From positions 3,443-67,442 of the forward strand of contig JAGGAD010000004.1 of NCBI GenBank assembly GCA_017889625.1: a DNA stretch of 64,000 bases, written 5' to 3'. The notes beneath the pieces were generated by a model. It ran no database searches, was not told the origin of the DNA, and worked only from the letters and a program-made list of their open reading frames with translations. Positions 9,245 to 18,887 of this stretch are shown piece after piece. The DNA comes from Bacillota bacterium. Lineage in GTDB: Bacteria > Bacillota > Negativicutes > Sporomusales > CTSoil-080. How positions within the stretch are numbered: the first letter of the stretch is position 1; each line of letters starts with the position of its first letter. A program made the translations under genes and the position numbers.

Positions 9245-9946
9245 TTAGTCAATATACAGTATCCGGCCACAATTTTCACAATGCAAAATTTCCCCGGCAA
9301 CACTAACCAGCCTGCTCGCCGGCATACTCATTCGACAGCCGCCGCAAACATTATTTTCGACTCTAGCAATTGGCATAGCTTGTTTGCGGCTTAATTCCCG
9401 AAACCGACGCAAAAGCTCGCCTTCCACTTGCCTAGACAAAATTTTACACTCTGCTTCTATTTTTGCTATCTGATCTTCAAAATCAGCTAAAGTTTTAACC
9501 AAGATATGCTGACATTGACTATGCTGTTGGCGTTTTTGTGCCAATAATTCTTCTTGCGTAACAACTTCATTGGTTAGTTGATCACACTGTTCCATGGTCA
9601 TTAGTACTTCATTCTCAAAGCCACCTATTTCCTTGCGTGCAGCTTCACTCTTATTTTTCATTTCTTCAAGTTCTTTTAAATTGGTAATTTTACCACTATA
9701 CATTTTTGCTTCAGCAGCTTCACATTTTTCGATAAGTATAGCCAGGTCTTCTTGCTGTCGCAACGATACTTTTTTCAAACAGTCAATTTTCTCTTGATCC
9801 GCAGCTATCTTTTGCCCCAAGAATTTAATTTCCTGCCAAAGCTGTCGCACCTCTGTGGCATCAATTTTAGCTTTTTGGATGGCTAGCACCGACCGCTTTT
9901 GTTCTAGTGCTTGCAATTGACATAAAATTTCAAGTTGTTGCTTCAC
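9245..9946 (-). CDS. coiled-coil / C4 zinc-ribbon protein (DUF164, COG1579-like)
   Basis: A long heptad-rich region is followed by C-terminal CGGC...CENCGRILY. I trimmed the start to GTG 9946 (AGGAGG 7 nt upstream) rather than the track start at 10036. Its position downstream of the Nif3-like gene is conserved. Confidence 0.7.
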   Translation of the reverse strand: MKQQLEILCQLQALEQKRSVLAIQKAKIDATEVRQLWQEIKFLGQKIAADQEKIDCLKKVSLRQQEDLAILIEKCEAAEAKMYSGKITNLKELEEMKNKSEAARKEIGGFENEVLMTMEQCDQLTNEVVTQEELLAQKRQQHSQCQHILVKTLADFEDQIAKIEAECKILSRQVEGELLRRFRELSRKQAMPIARVENNVCGGCRMSMPASRLVSVAGEILHCENCGRILYID

Positions 9947-10001
9947 TATAATTCCTCCTTGCGTTTCGAACAAAATAAAAAGACAGGCTACCAACCTGCC
10001 A

Positions 10002-11120
10002 TTATACAATATAGAAAACGTCTTTATCAGACTCATCGGCTTTCACCTTCAGTGTCCACTCATTGTTTTCTGCATACTGTTGTAAATATGTAGTTATAGC
10101 GTTTACCATTAACCGTTCAGTAGGAAAATGGCCCGCATCAATTAGACCTATCCCTAAATCTCGCCCCTGCTGCCCTTCATCATATTTTATATCACCGGTA
10201 ACCAGGACATCAGCCCCTAGTTTTAATGCCTGATTAATAAACGACGATCCGGCCCCGCCACATACAGCAACTGTTTTGATTTTTTTACTTTGATCACCTA
10301 CTACTCTGAGAAAATCAACCCCTAAAGCCCCTTTTACTGTTTGAGCAAAATTTAGTAAACTTACTGGTTCAGCTAGTTCTCCTACCCGCCCCATACCAAT
10401 ATCAGCGATAGTTTGGCTAAGCGGATATAAATCATAAGCTACTTCTTCATAAGGATGAGCCTCAAGCATAGCGGTCACCACTTTAGCTGACGCTTTTTCA
10501 GGTAGGATCGTTTCCAGGCGAACTTCCCCGGCCTGCTCCAGTTGACCAATTTTACCGATAAACGGATTGGTCCCATTCAGCGGCAAAAAGGTGCCGATCC
10601 CGCCAGTACTAAAAGTACAGTGACTATACTTACCAATATGACCTGCTCCCGCCCTGGTTACAGCATCACGGACTTTATCACTGTGGCTTTCCGGCACAAA
10701 TACGACCAGCTTTAATAGTTTTCCGGCAGAACTTGGCTCTAACGGTTGACAGTCGCTAAGCCCAAGTTTATCGGCCAATAAGTCGTTGACACCGCCCGCA
10801 GCTGAGTCTAAATTGGTGTGAGCAGCATATACTGCAATATCATGTTTTATTAGAACCGACAACGTTTTTCCCAAGGGAGAATCTGTTCTGATATTTTTTA
10901 TGGCATGAAAAATCAACGGGTGGTGAGCTATAATAAGATCTACTCCCGCTTCAACGGCTTTGTTAGCAACTTCAGGAGTAACATCTAAGGCCACCAATAC
11001 TTTTTCTATGTCTTGTGAGGCACTGCCGACCATAAGACCGGGATTATCCCAACTTTCCGCTAAGTTGATAGGGGCTAGTTCTTCAATAGCTTTTATTATC
11101 CTATCGCATTTTACAGACAT
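10002..11120 (-). CDS. Nif3-like dinuclear metal center protein (YqfO family)
   Basis: 372 aa. It has the N-terminal WDN.GL, IIAHHP and AHTNLD motifs, with an inserted PII-like domain. Synteny with trmK and rpoD is preserved. Confidence 0.85.
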   Translation of the reverse strand: MSVKCDRIIKAIEELAPINLAESWDNPGLMVGSASQDIEKVLVALDVTPEVANKAVEAGVDLIIAHHPLIFHAIKNIRTDSPLGKTLSVLIKHDIAVYAAHTNLDSAAGGVNDLLADKLGLSDCQPLEPSSAGKLLKLVVFVPESHSDKVRDAVTRAGAGHIGKYSHCTFSTGGIGTFLPLNGTNPFIGKIGQLEQAGEVRLETILPEKASAKVVTAMLEAHPYEEVAYDLYPLSQTIADIGMGRVGELAEPVSLLNFAQTVKGALGVDFLRVVGDQSKKIKTVAVCGGAGSSFINQALKLGADVLVTGDIKYDEGQQGRDLGIGLIDAGHFPTERLMVNAITTYLQQYAENNEWTLKVKADESDKDVFYIV

Positions 11121-11800
11121 GCTATCTTATCCTCCAACTGCGCCAATTTTTCCTGATATTCGCGATATTTCAGCGAATTAATCGCCTCAGAACTGGCCTG
11201 CATTTGAGCCAATACAGATTTTATATTATCAGCTTTTAAAGTTAAATGCTCTTTTAATAACGGATGGCGCTTAGCCCAAAGCACTGGACCAATATCATAC
11301 ATTAAGGACTGATACTTAGCCGAGCATCCAGGTTGAGCAACAATTATTTCATAAATAATTCCGTCTTCAGTTACCAGCACCTCATCAACAATTTCCCACT
11401 CATTTTCTACTAACCAACGGCGAAGGTAGCTTGCTGTAGACATGGGCTGAAGCACTAATAGAGTAAAATTATTTGTGATTTCCGGTCGAGCCGACAAAAT
11501 CCCGGCAATAGTAGTTCCGCCCATTCCAGCAATAATCCCTACATCCGCCTCATTCGGAGTTAATACCGCTAACCCATCACCTAACCGAACCGAAATTTTT
11601 TCATCCAAGCCCAACATCTTGACCGTCTGAATTGCCGATAAATATGGCCCTTTATGTATATCTCCGGCTACAGCGCGCTCAGCAATCCCTTCAGTCACTA
11701 GATACGTTGGCAGATAAGCATGATCCGTGCCGATATCTGCTACACAACGGCTTTTAGGCACCAATGCCGCAATAGCCGCCATTCTATTGCCAATTTTCAC
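11111..11800 (-). CDS. trmK: tRNA (adenine22-N1)-methyltransferase
   Basis: 229 aa. The DIGTDHAYLP motif is present, and the gene sits between rpoD and nif3 as in Bacillus (yqfN). Confidence 0.8.
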   Translation of the reverse strand: MKIGNRMAAIAALVPKSRCVADIGTDHAYLPTYLVTEGIAERAVAGDIHKGPYLSAIQTVKMLGLDEKISVRLGDGLAVLTPNEADVGIIAGMGGTTIAGILSARPEITNNFTLLVLQPMSTASYLRRWLVENEWEIVDEVLVTEDGIIYEIIVAQPGCSAKYQSLMYDIGPVLWAKRHPLLKEHLTLKADNIKSVLAQMQASSEAINSLKYREYQEKLAQLEDKIACL

Positions 11801-11856
11801 GCCGTTAGTCCCCCTTTTTCTTAGTATTTCTCGAAGCCAACTTCAAAATCCTCTAT

Positions 11857-11891
11857 AAAAAAACAGCAAGTTAGCATACTTGCTGTTTTTA
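11857..11891. terminator. bidirectional-looking intrinsic terminator
   Basis: aaaaaaa-acagcaagt-(6 nt)-acttgctgt-ttttt, lying between trmK and the MFS gene. Confidence 0.6.
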
Positions 11892-11908
11892 TTTAAAATC
11901 CAATATTA

Positions 11909-13168
11909 TTAAGCTTCAGTTTGCACAGTAAGCCGTTCTGTAGCTGATCCTCGCCTTCTTCGATATATGGCTACGAGAACTAGCAATATCCCCACTACGC
12001 TAAGCACCCCGGCAATAATAAACGCCTGAGTATACTCACCACCATTAGCACCTTTACCAATCGCCGCCAATCGAGGTCCGAGGTATGATGCAACTCCAAT
12101 CGTGAGAAACATTACACCAAAGTTAATACTCAAATTCTTTGTGCCAAAATTATCGGCAGTCACCGGCGGCATTAAGGATAAAAATCCGCCATAACACGCT
12201 CCAATAGTAGCCATAGCCACTACGAACGGTAGATAGGACTTAAAAGTCGCAATACCGACCATCGCTGCTGCCGACATAACAAAAACCACAACAAATACTG
12301 GATAACGCCCTATCTTGTCAGATATCGTTGCCCAAAATATTTTTCCAGCAACCATGGCCAAAGCCAAATAGCCAACAACAACACTAGCCGCTTGCGGTGA
12401 AATTTCAAGAACGTCCTGAGCAATCGGCGACGCTAAGCCAATAACCATTAAACCCGACATGGTACCGATAATAAAGATCAGGGCTAGAATATAAAACTGT
12501 GGATCTTGAAGCATTTTCTTCCAGTCTTTATCATTATTACAAGTTCTATCTTGACCGTTTTTCACCACTGGCTGCCAGCCGATCGGGGTGTACCCCTGAG
12601 GAGCAGTTTTAACCAGCGGTGCAAGTCCACATACAATGATCAAAAACATTAGCCCAAGAATTTTAAACGACAATAGAACGCCATAATCATCAATCAAAAA
12701 TGTGGCAAACGGCGCCCACACTACAGCACCGGCTCCATAGCCACCGGCCAGTAAGCCCGACGCCAAACCGCTCTTATCCGGAAAAAATTTAACAATGTTG
12801 CTCATCGTACCGCCGTAAATAAGGCCATTGCCAATCCCACCGAAAACGCCACAAACCACGTACAATCCCATCAATGAAGTGGCAAAGCCGGCCCCAGCAA
12901 CAGCAAAAGCTAACGCTAGACCGCCAAGAAAGATAACCCAGCGAGCTTCCATATACTCCTGCAACTTGCCTGCTAATAACGGCATAAAAGATCCCACGCC
13001 CATAACAACCGTAAAAGCTAACGCTACATCCTTCTGTTCCCAGCCAAAATTGCCAGCCAACGGGCGCTGGAAAACACTCCAAGCATAAAAAATACCAATA
13101 CAAATATTGATCAGAATGCATGCACCCAAATAAAACCATCTTTTTGAATCGTAGTTCATACCCTGCAC
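11909..13168 (-). CDS. MFS transporter, oxalate/formate antiporter (OFA)-like
   Basis: 419 aa with about 12 predicted hydrophobic helices. The OFA-like N-terminus WFYLGACILINICIGIFYAWSVF is present. Confidence 0.75.
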   Translation of the reverse strand: MQGMNYDSKRWFYLGACILINICIGIFYAWSVFQRPLAGNFGWEQKDVALAFTVVMGVGSFMPLLAGKLQEYMEARWVIFLGGLALAFAVAGAGFATSLMGLYVVCGVFGGIGNGLIYGGTMSNIVKFFPDKSGLASGLLAGGYGAGAVVWAPFATFLIDDYGVLLSFKILGLMFLIIVCGLAPLVKTAPQGYTPIGWQPVVKNGQDRTCNNDKDWKKMLQDPQFYILALIFIIGTMSGLMVIGLASPIAQDVLEISPQAASVVVGYLALAMVAGKIFWATISDKIGRYPVFVVVFVMSAAAMVGIATFKSYLPFVVAMATIGACYGGFLSLMPPVTADNFGTKNLSINFGVMFLTIGVASYLGPRLAAIGKGANGGEYTQAFIIAGVLSVVGILLVLVAIYRRRRGSATERLTVQTEA

Positions 13169-13219
13169 CCTCCTAAAAATTACAATACAACAAACTCAGC
13201 ACGAAACAAGCCACTGGCA

Positions 13220-13238
13220 ATATAGTTATCCACTATAT
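13220..13238. promoter_or_regulatory. operator-like perfect palindrome in the MFS/MarR divergent region
   Basis: ATATAGT-tatcc-ACTATAT, a 7-bp inverted repeat with a 5-bp spacer. Confidence 0.3.
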
Positions 13239-13454
13239 TATTGCTACGTCAATTATATTAGACGCAATTATTACTGTCAATAAATTCAGTATTTTTACAT
13301 TTATGCAAATTTAACTAAGTAACACTTTGAAAATAGTATATTACCGTTTTCATACTTGGTATTGGCACTAAAATACCTTTATTTATTAGACACAGATAAC
13401 TATTCCTTATATAATATTTATTGTAATAATTGGCAGGATACGGAGAGTGGGACA

Positions 13455-13904
13455 ATGCACCTTAACAAAGATGCACTCGGATTTATTCTTCATCACTCTG
13501 ATCTTAAGCTATCTAGGTTACAATTTATAAAATTCAAAGCACTTAACGTCACGCCGGAACAATGGCATCTATTGAACCTTTTAGCTGATGAAGATGGTAT
13601 TAACCAAAAAGAGTTAGCCAATCGGGCCGATAAAAATCAAGCCATTGTCACCAGAATGTTGGTAATCCTTGAACGGAAAGGATTTATAAGGAAAGAACCT
13701 GATCCTAGTGACCGAAGAGCCTTTTTGCTTTATTTAACCTCCGCCGGCAAGTCAGTTCATGAGAACCTTGTTATATTGGCTGAACAAACCTTTGAAACCT
13801 TATTAAACGATATCTCCCCTGACGAGGTTAGTACTTTTCGACAAGTTCTAACTGATATTTATCAAAAACTTACTCTCTTACTGTCTAACCACAAGCTTAG
13901 TTAA
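13455..13904 (+). CDS. MarR family transcriptional regulator
   Basis: It has a winged-helix block LNVTPEQWHLLNLLADEDGINQKELANRADKNQAIVTRMLVILERKGFIRKEPDPSDRRAFLLYLT. I trimmed the start to ATG 13455 (GGAGAGTGGG upstream). Confidence 0.8.
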   Translation: MHLNKDALGFILHHSDLKLSRLQFIKFKALNVTPEQWHLLNLLADEDGINQKELANRADKNQAIVTRMLVILERKGFIRKEPDPSDRRAFLLYLTSAGKSVHENLVILAEQTFETLLNDISPDEVSTFRQVLTDIYQKLTLLLSNHKLS

Positions 13905-13921
13905 AAGTTTACTATCTGGGG

Positions 13922-13962
13922 AAAAAAATTACGAGCGATGCATAGCATCGCTCGTAATTTTT
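13922..13962. terminator. bidirectional intrinsic terminator between marR-like and buk
   Basis: A 16-bp perfect stem aaattacgagcgatgc/gcatcgctcgtaattt, flanked by A- and T-runs. Confidence 0.7.
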
Positions 13963-13992
13963 ACCAATGATTCTACTTCTAAATCACATATT

Positions 13993-15057
13993 TTACTCAG
14001 CGTATTCCCGAGCCTTTTCTTCGCCCCTTAATACCCGCAGCGTACCTAAAGCCAACGATTCCATTTCGTTTTCGCCAGGCATAATTTCTACCGGAGCAAT
14101 AAATTCTACACGCTTTTTAATCCAAGAAACCACCATTTCCGAATAAGCAATACCACCGGTAATGATAATCGCATCCACTTTACCCTCAACAACCGTTGCC
14201 AGATCACCAATACCTTTCGCCACCTGATAAGCCATAGCTTCTAAAATCAATTTAGCATGCTCATCACCATTTTCAATCATTTGTACAACTTCTCTTACAT
14301 CAACAGTGTTTAAATAATCTTTTAAGCCACCATTGCCTCGCAATTTTTTCTGCATTGTGGCCTTATCATACTTTCCTGAATAGCAAAGGTCAATAAGTGC
14401 TTTGCAGGGAACCTTACCAGCTCTTTCTGGTGAAAATGGTCCTTCATCATCAGCAATTATGTCAACCATTTGACCTTTATCGTGGACGTTTATTGATATA
14501 CCGCCGCCTAAATGAGCTACAACGAAATTCATATCCGCGTATTTTTTCCCATACTTTTTAGCAACTTTCATTGCCATAGCCCGTGAATTTAAAACATGAC
14601 TAGTACTTGTTCTTGGAATATCCTGCATACCAGATATGCGCGCTACATCGATCATTTCATCAACTCGTACAGAGTCATATATGTAGGCATTGACGCCAAT
14701 ACTAGTTGCTATTTCAAACGCAATCAGTCCACCAAGATTGGAAGCATGCTCAAATATCGGATTGTTTTTTAGCCTATCTACCATTTTATTATTTACTAAA
14801 TACGCTCCTGATTTTACTGATGGAAGCATCCCACCTCTGCCTACAACCGCTGACAAAGTCTTAACGTCATATCCCTTTTCTTGTAAGAAAGAGAGGACAA
14901 CATTTTTTCTCATCTCAAATTGATCTTGTACTTTATTATATTTTTGAATTTCTTCAACACTATGATCCAGTGTCTGGACAAAAATCTCTTTCTCATCTTC
15001 GTATAACGCAATCTTAGTTGAGGTTGATCCAGGATTAATTGCTAAAATTTTAGACAT
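13993..15057 (-). CDS. buk: butyrate kinase
   Basis: 354 aa. It has MSKILAINPGSTSTKIALYED and the overall ASKHA acetate/butyrate-kinase layout (HLGGGISI). Confidence 0.9.
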   Translation of the reverse strand: MSKILAINPGSTSTKIALYEDEKEIFVQTLDHSVEEIQKYNKVQDQFEMRKNVVLSFLQEKGYDVKTLSAVVGRGGMLPSVKSGAYLVNNKMVDRLKNNPIFEHASNLGGLIAFEIATSIGVNAYIYDSVRVDEMIDVARISGMQDIPRTSTSHVLNSRAMAMKVAKKYGKKYADMNFVVAHLGGGISINVHDKGQMVDIIADDEGPFSPERAGKVPCKALIDLCYSGKYDKATMQKKLRGNGGLKDYLNTVDVREVVQMIENGDEHAKLILEAMAYQVAKGIGDLATVVEGKVDAIIITGGIAYSEMVVSWIKKRVEFIAPVEIMPGENEMESLALGTLRVLRGEEKAREYAE

Positions 15058-15100
15058 CAGTTTATTCCTCCTTAATTTACCGAAAATGCTAGAAACTAAA

Positions 15101-15137
15101 CTAAAAATTGAACCATTTTATTTAAAATGGTTCAATT
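15101..15137 (-). terminator. terminator of the tRNA operon
   Basis: A 15-bp AT-rich stem aattgaaccatttta/taaaatggttcaatt, followed by a T-run on the minus strand. Confidence 0.5.
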
Positions 15138-15150
15138 AACAGCTACTTTT

Positions 15151-15226
<76 letters not shown>

Positions 15227-15229
15227 GAA

Positions 15230-15304
15230 TGGTGACCCGTATGGGAATCGAACCCATGTTATCGCCGTGAAAGGGCGGTGTCTTAACCGCTTGACCAACG
15301 GGCC
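15230..15304 (-). tRNA. tRNA-Glu (anticodon UUC)
   Basis: The reverse complement is GGCCCGTTGGTCAAGCGGTTAAGACACCGCCCTTTCACGGCGATAACATGGGTTCGATTCCCATACGGGTCACCA, with anticodon loop CTTTCAC. Confidence 0.9.
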
Positions 15305-15317
15305 AAAAATATTTTAT

Positions 15318-15392
15318 TGGTGGGCCCACCTGGGATCGAACCAGGGACCGACCGGTTATGAGCCGGTTGCTCTACCGCTGAGCTATAGGCCC
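15318..15392 (-). tRNA. tRNA with CAU anticodon (elongator Met or lysidine-modified Ile2; not resolvable by eye)
   Basis: The reverse complement is GGGCCTATAGCTCAGCGGTAGAGCAACCGGCTCATAACCGGTCGGTCCCTGGTTCGATCCCAGGTGGGCCCACCA, with anticodon loop CTCATAA. Confidence 0.85.
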
Positions 15393-15444
15393 TAGAGATA
15401 TTAAAACAGGTTTTCCGCAGAAAGCCTGTTTTATAAATATAACA

Positions 15445-15520
15445 TGGCTCCTCGAGTAGGACTCGAACCTACGACCGATCGGTTAACAGCCGATTGCTCT
15501 ACCAACTGAGCTATCGAGGA
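15445..15520 (-). tRNA. tRNA-Asn (anticodon GUU)
   Basis: The reverse complement is TCCTCGATAGCTCAGTTGGTAGAGCAATCGGCTGTTAACCGATCGGTCGTAGGTTCGAGTCCTACTCGAGGAGCCA, with anticodon loop CTGTTAA. Confidence 0.9.
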
Positions 15521-15538
15521 ATGTCATCGACACAACAT

Positions 15539-15567
15539 ATTATATAATACTGTTCTAATACTGTCAA
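15539..15567 (-). promoter_or_regulatory. consensus sigma-70 promoter of the tRNA operon
   Basis: On the minus strand, TTGACA (15567..15562), N17, then TATAAT (15544..15539), about 20 nt upstream of tRNA-Asn. Confidence 0.7.
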
Positions 15568-15634
15568 TATACTATGTAAAACTTTTTATTGATTTTTAAC
15601 CGGGCTTTATAATGAAAACTGGAATAGCTGTTAA

Positions 15635-16744
15635 CTATTCCAGGAAGTCTTTAAGCTTTTTACTACGAGTCGGATGCCGTAGTTTTCTAAGAGCCTTTGC
15701 CTCAATCTGACGTATACGTTCACGAGTTACGCCAAAATGCTGCCCGACTTCTTCCAACGTCCTAGCCCGGCCATCATCCAACCCAAACCGCAATCTAAGA
15801 ACCTTCTCTTCTCTTGGGGTCAAGGTCTCAAGCACTTCTTCCAATTGTTCTTTCAATAACATGAATGAGGCCGCTTCCGCAGGAGCCAGAGCATCCTGAT
15901 CTTCAATAAAGTCACCCAAATGTGAATCTTCTTCCTCGCCGATAGGCGTTTCGAGCGACACCGGCTCTTGGGCAATTTTCATAATTTCCCGTACACGTTC
16001 GATGCTTACGTCCATCTCGGCACCGATTTCTTCCGCACTAGGCTCACGGCCAAGTTCTTGCAACAGTTGTCTTGATACCCGAATAAGTTTATTTATAGTT
16101 TCTACCATATGCACTGGAATACGAATGGTTCTCGCCTGATCGGCAATCGCCCGCGTTATGGCCTGACGAATCCACCAAGTGGCATAGGTACTGAATTTAT
16201 AGCCTTTGCTATAGTCAAATTTTTCTACGGCCTTAATTAAACCTAAATTACCCTCCTGAATTAAATCAAGGAAAAGCATACCTCTGCCTACATAACGTTT
16301 AGCGATGCTTACTACCAGACGCAAGTTTGCTTCAGCGAGGCGTCGTTTGGCTTCTTCATCACCTAATTCCATTCTTTTAGCCAAACTAATTTCATCTTCC
16401 GCCGACAGGAGCGGAACCCGACCAATCTCCTTCAAATACATCCTGACAGGATCATCAATATTAATGCCCTCAGGAATGCTTAGATCAATGTCAACTTCTT
16501 CATGAGCTTCTTCGATTTCTGTAATATCAGCGTCTTCAATCGTTTCCACCTCAGGAATTTCTTCAACTATTTCAATTCCTTTGTTGGTAAACACTTCATA
16601 CATATCATCAATTTCATCTGGCGACAATTCTTCATTTTGGAGGGTATCCATAATTTCGGCATAGGTCAACACGCCACCACGTTTTTTACCTTTATGCAGT
16701 AACTCATTTACTTGTTCAGTAGGTACATTCTTTTTTTCAGCCAT
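15635..16744 (-). CDS. rpoD: RNA polymerase primary sigma factor
   Basis: It has an acidic region 1 and regions 2-4 ([28 protein letters not shown], and the rpoD box). I trimmed the start to ATG 16744 (GGAGGGG upstream). Confidence 0.95.
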   Translation of the reverse strand: MAEKKNVPTEQVNELLHKGKKRGGVLTYAEIMDTLQNEELSPDEIDDMYEVFTNKGIEIVEEIPEVETIEDADITEIEEAHEEVDIDLSIPEGINIDDPVRMYLKEIGRVPLLSAEDEISLAKRMELGDEEAKRRLAEANLRLVVSIAKRYVGRGMLFLDLIQEGNLGLIKAVEKFDYSKGYKFSTYATWWIRQAITRAIADQARTIRIPVHMVETINKLIRVSRQLLQELGREPSAEEIGAEMDVSIERVREIMKIAQEPVSLETPIGEEEDSHLGDFIEDQDALAPAEAASFMLLKEQLEEVLETLTPREEKVLRLRFGLDDGRARTLEEVGQHFGVTRERIRQIEAKALRKLRHPTRSKKLKDFLE

Positions 16745-16797
16745 TTTATTCCCCTCCACCCAAGACACTCATAAATAAAACACTATTTATATTAAAT

Positions 16798-18603
16798 TCA
16801 TAATAACCGTAATTTACTAATTTCATTTTGTATTCGCTGACTTTCGGCTAATTCCTGCAGAAAGCTGCTATCCCCCATGCGTTCTAATTCGTGAGCCCGT
16901 AAACTATGTTCATCTAATAAAATCTTTAAATGTGCCAGACGTATGGTTCTAATCAAGTCGTCAACGATTCGAGCAATGTCGCCAAATTCCAAATCCATAA
17001 CCATAATCTTTGACAACTCACTTGCCGCTAATTCCGACAGTGTAAGGGCAAAAGCATCTGGAACTAGACTTTTTCCCATATTATACGCATCTACTATCGA
17101 ATTGATTATTATTTTCCGCTCTCGTCCTTGTATATCGTCTCTACTAAGCTCAGTTTCAACGTACGGAATAATCGAATTGTCTTCAAGCATTAGTCGGATA
17201 ATCTGCCGTTCAGCCGCCACTGTACTTTGTTCAGGACGGTTTGATAGGCTGGAAATACTAATAGTCTTCCCATTGTTTACATTTTTATCCTTTTTGGTTT
17301 GAGCAATATATTTTCGAATCTCAGATCGTATCGCACCTTCATCAATGGCTAATAGTTCCGATAGTTTCCTTATATAATTGTCAACCTCAACGGCATTATC
17401 TGCTTCAGCCAAAGCTGGCACTGCCTTCGCGACAACAGCAACTTTTCCTTCAAGCCCTGTATAATCAGTTGTTTCTATTGCGCGACTCACTTGATATTCA
17501 AGCAAACCTGGAGCGTTATCAATTAAGGTGTAAAAATCTTTTTCCCCATGTTTCCTGACAAATTCATCAGGATCTTTGCCATCAGGTATCGCTACTACCC
17601 TAACGTTAAGGCCAATCGCCTTAACTGTAGTCAATGCCCTTACTGTAGCCTCTTGCCCTGCGGCATCACTATCATATGCAAAATATATGTCACTAGCTCT
17701 CGCCCGAACAAGTTTTCGAGCTTGTTCATTTGTAAACGCCGTCCCCAAAGAAGCAACAACATTATTTATCCCACTGCTTTTAAGAGCAATCAAATCCATG
17801 TAGCCTTCGACTACAACTACTTTACCTGACTGACGGATGTATTGATTAGCAAGATCATATCCATAAAGAAGACGACGCTTGTTAAAAACTGGTGTTTCCG
17901 GCGTATTTAAATACTTTGGCTGCGAATCATCTAACACCCGTCCGCCAAAACCAGCAACCCGTCCTTGAGCATTTTGAATTGGAAACATGATCCTTCCCCT
18001 AAAACGATCATATACACCGCCGCCATTGCGTTCTGCCGCTAGACCAGCCTTTACCAAAACTTGCGGAGCAAATCCACGTGAAGTTAGTGCTAAAGATAGT
18101 TTATCCCATGCCGGGGGACTAAACCCAAGTCTAAATTCGTCAATAACTTTATCGCTAATTCCTCTTGCCGCTAAATAGTCCCGAGCTACTTTGCCGTACC
18201 TAGTATTAATCAGACAAGAGTGAAAAAAATCCCTTGCCAGTTCATTAGCACGGTACAGGTTAGCTGTTTCCCGTTCTAACTCTCTGTCGTGGGCGGATAT
18301 TTCCTTTTCCGGTAACGGAACTCCAAGTTTATCTGCCAATAACTTTACTGCATCCGGAAAATCAATATTTTCAATTTTCATCAAAAAATTAAATACATTC
18401 CCACCAACCTGACAACCAAAGCAATAAAAAAAACCTCTGTCAGGAGTCACTGAGAAAGAAGCTGTTTTTTCATGATGAAACGGGCAACACCCCCAAAAAT
18501 TTTTCCCTCGTTTTTTAAGCGGCACATATTCGGAGATGACGTTGACGATATCACTCTCTAAACGCAGCTTATCGATAAACCCATCAAAAACTGAGTCTCT
18601 CAT
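16798..18603 (-). CDS. dnaG: DNA primase
   Basis: 601 aa. It has the zinc finger CPFHHEKTASFSV...CFGC, a TOPRIM domain (EGYMD) and a C-terminal helicase-binding domain. Confidence 0.95.
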   Translation of the reverse strand: MRDSVFDGFIDKLRLESDIVNVISEYVPLKKRGKNFWGCCPFHHEKTASFSVTPDRGFFYCFGCQVGGNVFNFLMKIENIDFPDAVKLLADKLGVPLPEKEISAHDRELERETANLYRANELARDFFHSCLINTRYGKVARDYLAARGISDKVIDEFRLGFSPPAWDKLSLALTSRGFAPQVLVKAGLAAERNGGGVYDRFRGRIMFPIQNAQGRVAGFGGRVLDDSQPKYLNTPETPVFNKRRLLYGYDLANQYIRQSGKVVVVEGYMDLIALKSSGINNVVASLGTAFTNEQARKLVRARASDIYFAYDSDAAGQEATVRALTTVKAIGLNVRVVAIPDGKDPDEFVRKHGEKDFYTLIDNAPGLLEYQVSRAIETTDYTGLEGKVAVVAKAVPALAEADNAVEVDNYIRKLSELLAIDEGAIRSEIRKYIAQTKKDKNVNNGKTISISSLSNRPEQSTVAAERQIIRLMLEDNSIIPYVETELSRDDIQGRERKIIINSIVDAYNMGKSLVPDAFALTLSELAASELSKIMVMDLEFGDIARIVDDLIRTIRLAHLKILLDEHSLRAHELERMGDSSFLQELAESQRIQNEISKLRLL

Positions 18604-18887
18604 TCAACCACCTCTAACGTCACACCAAATGAATTGTCTTGGGTATTACTGTGCAAAATCAATATAATAAATGAAGCCTAATGATTATTCTGCAATTTTT
18701 CCCATTATCCTGCCACTAATTAAAAAAATTGTCAAATAGTATTTCTCCTTCATTTCTTCTTTAGGATAATATTATTCCATATAGAATAGTAATATCCTCT
18801 TTTTCCTCTTGACAAAACCATATTATTTTGATAATAAAACTTTTATTCCCATTAATGTAATATTTTTCAAAGACCTACAACTCAAAA

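Noticed and set aside
9071-9394. 107-aa plus-strand ORF in the track
   Set aside because: It lies antisense across the RNase P RNA gene (8825-9186), has no RBS, and its translation has a non-protein-like composition.
12789-13139. 116-aa and 86-aa ORFs inside the OFA-type MFS gene
   Set aside because: These are alternative-frame or antisense ORFs in a long, clearly membrane-protein-coding frame. They are Cys/Trp/Arg-rich nonsense.
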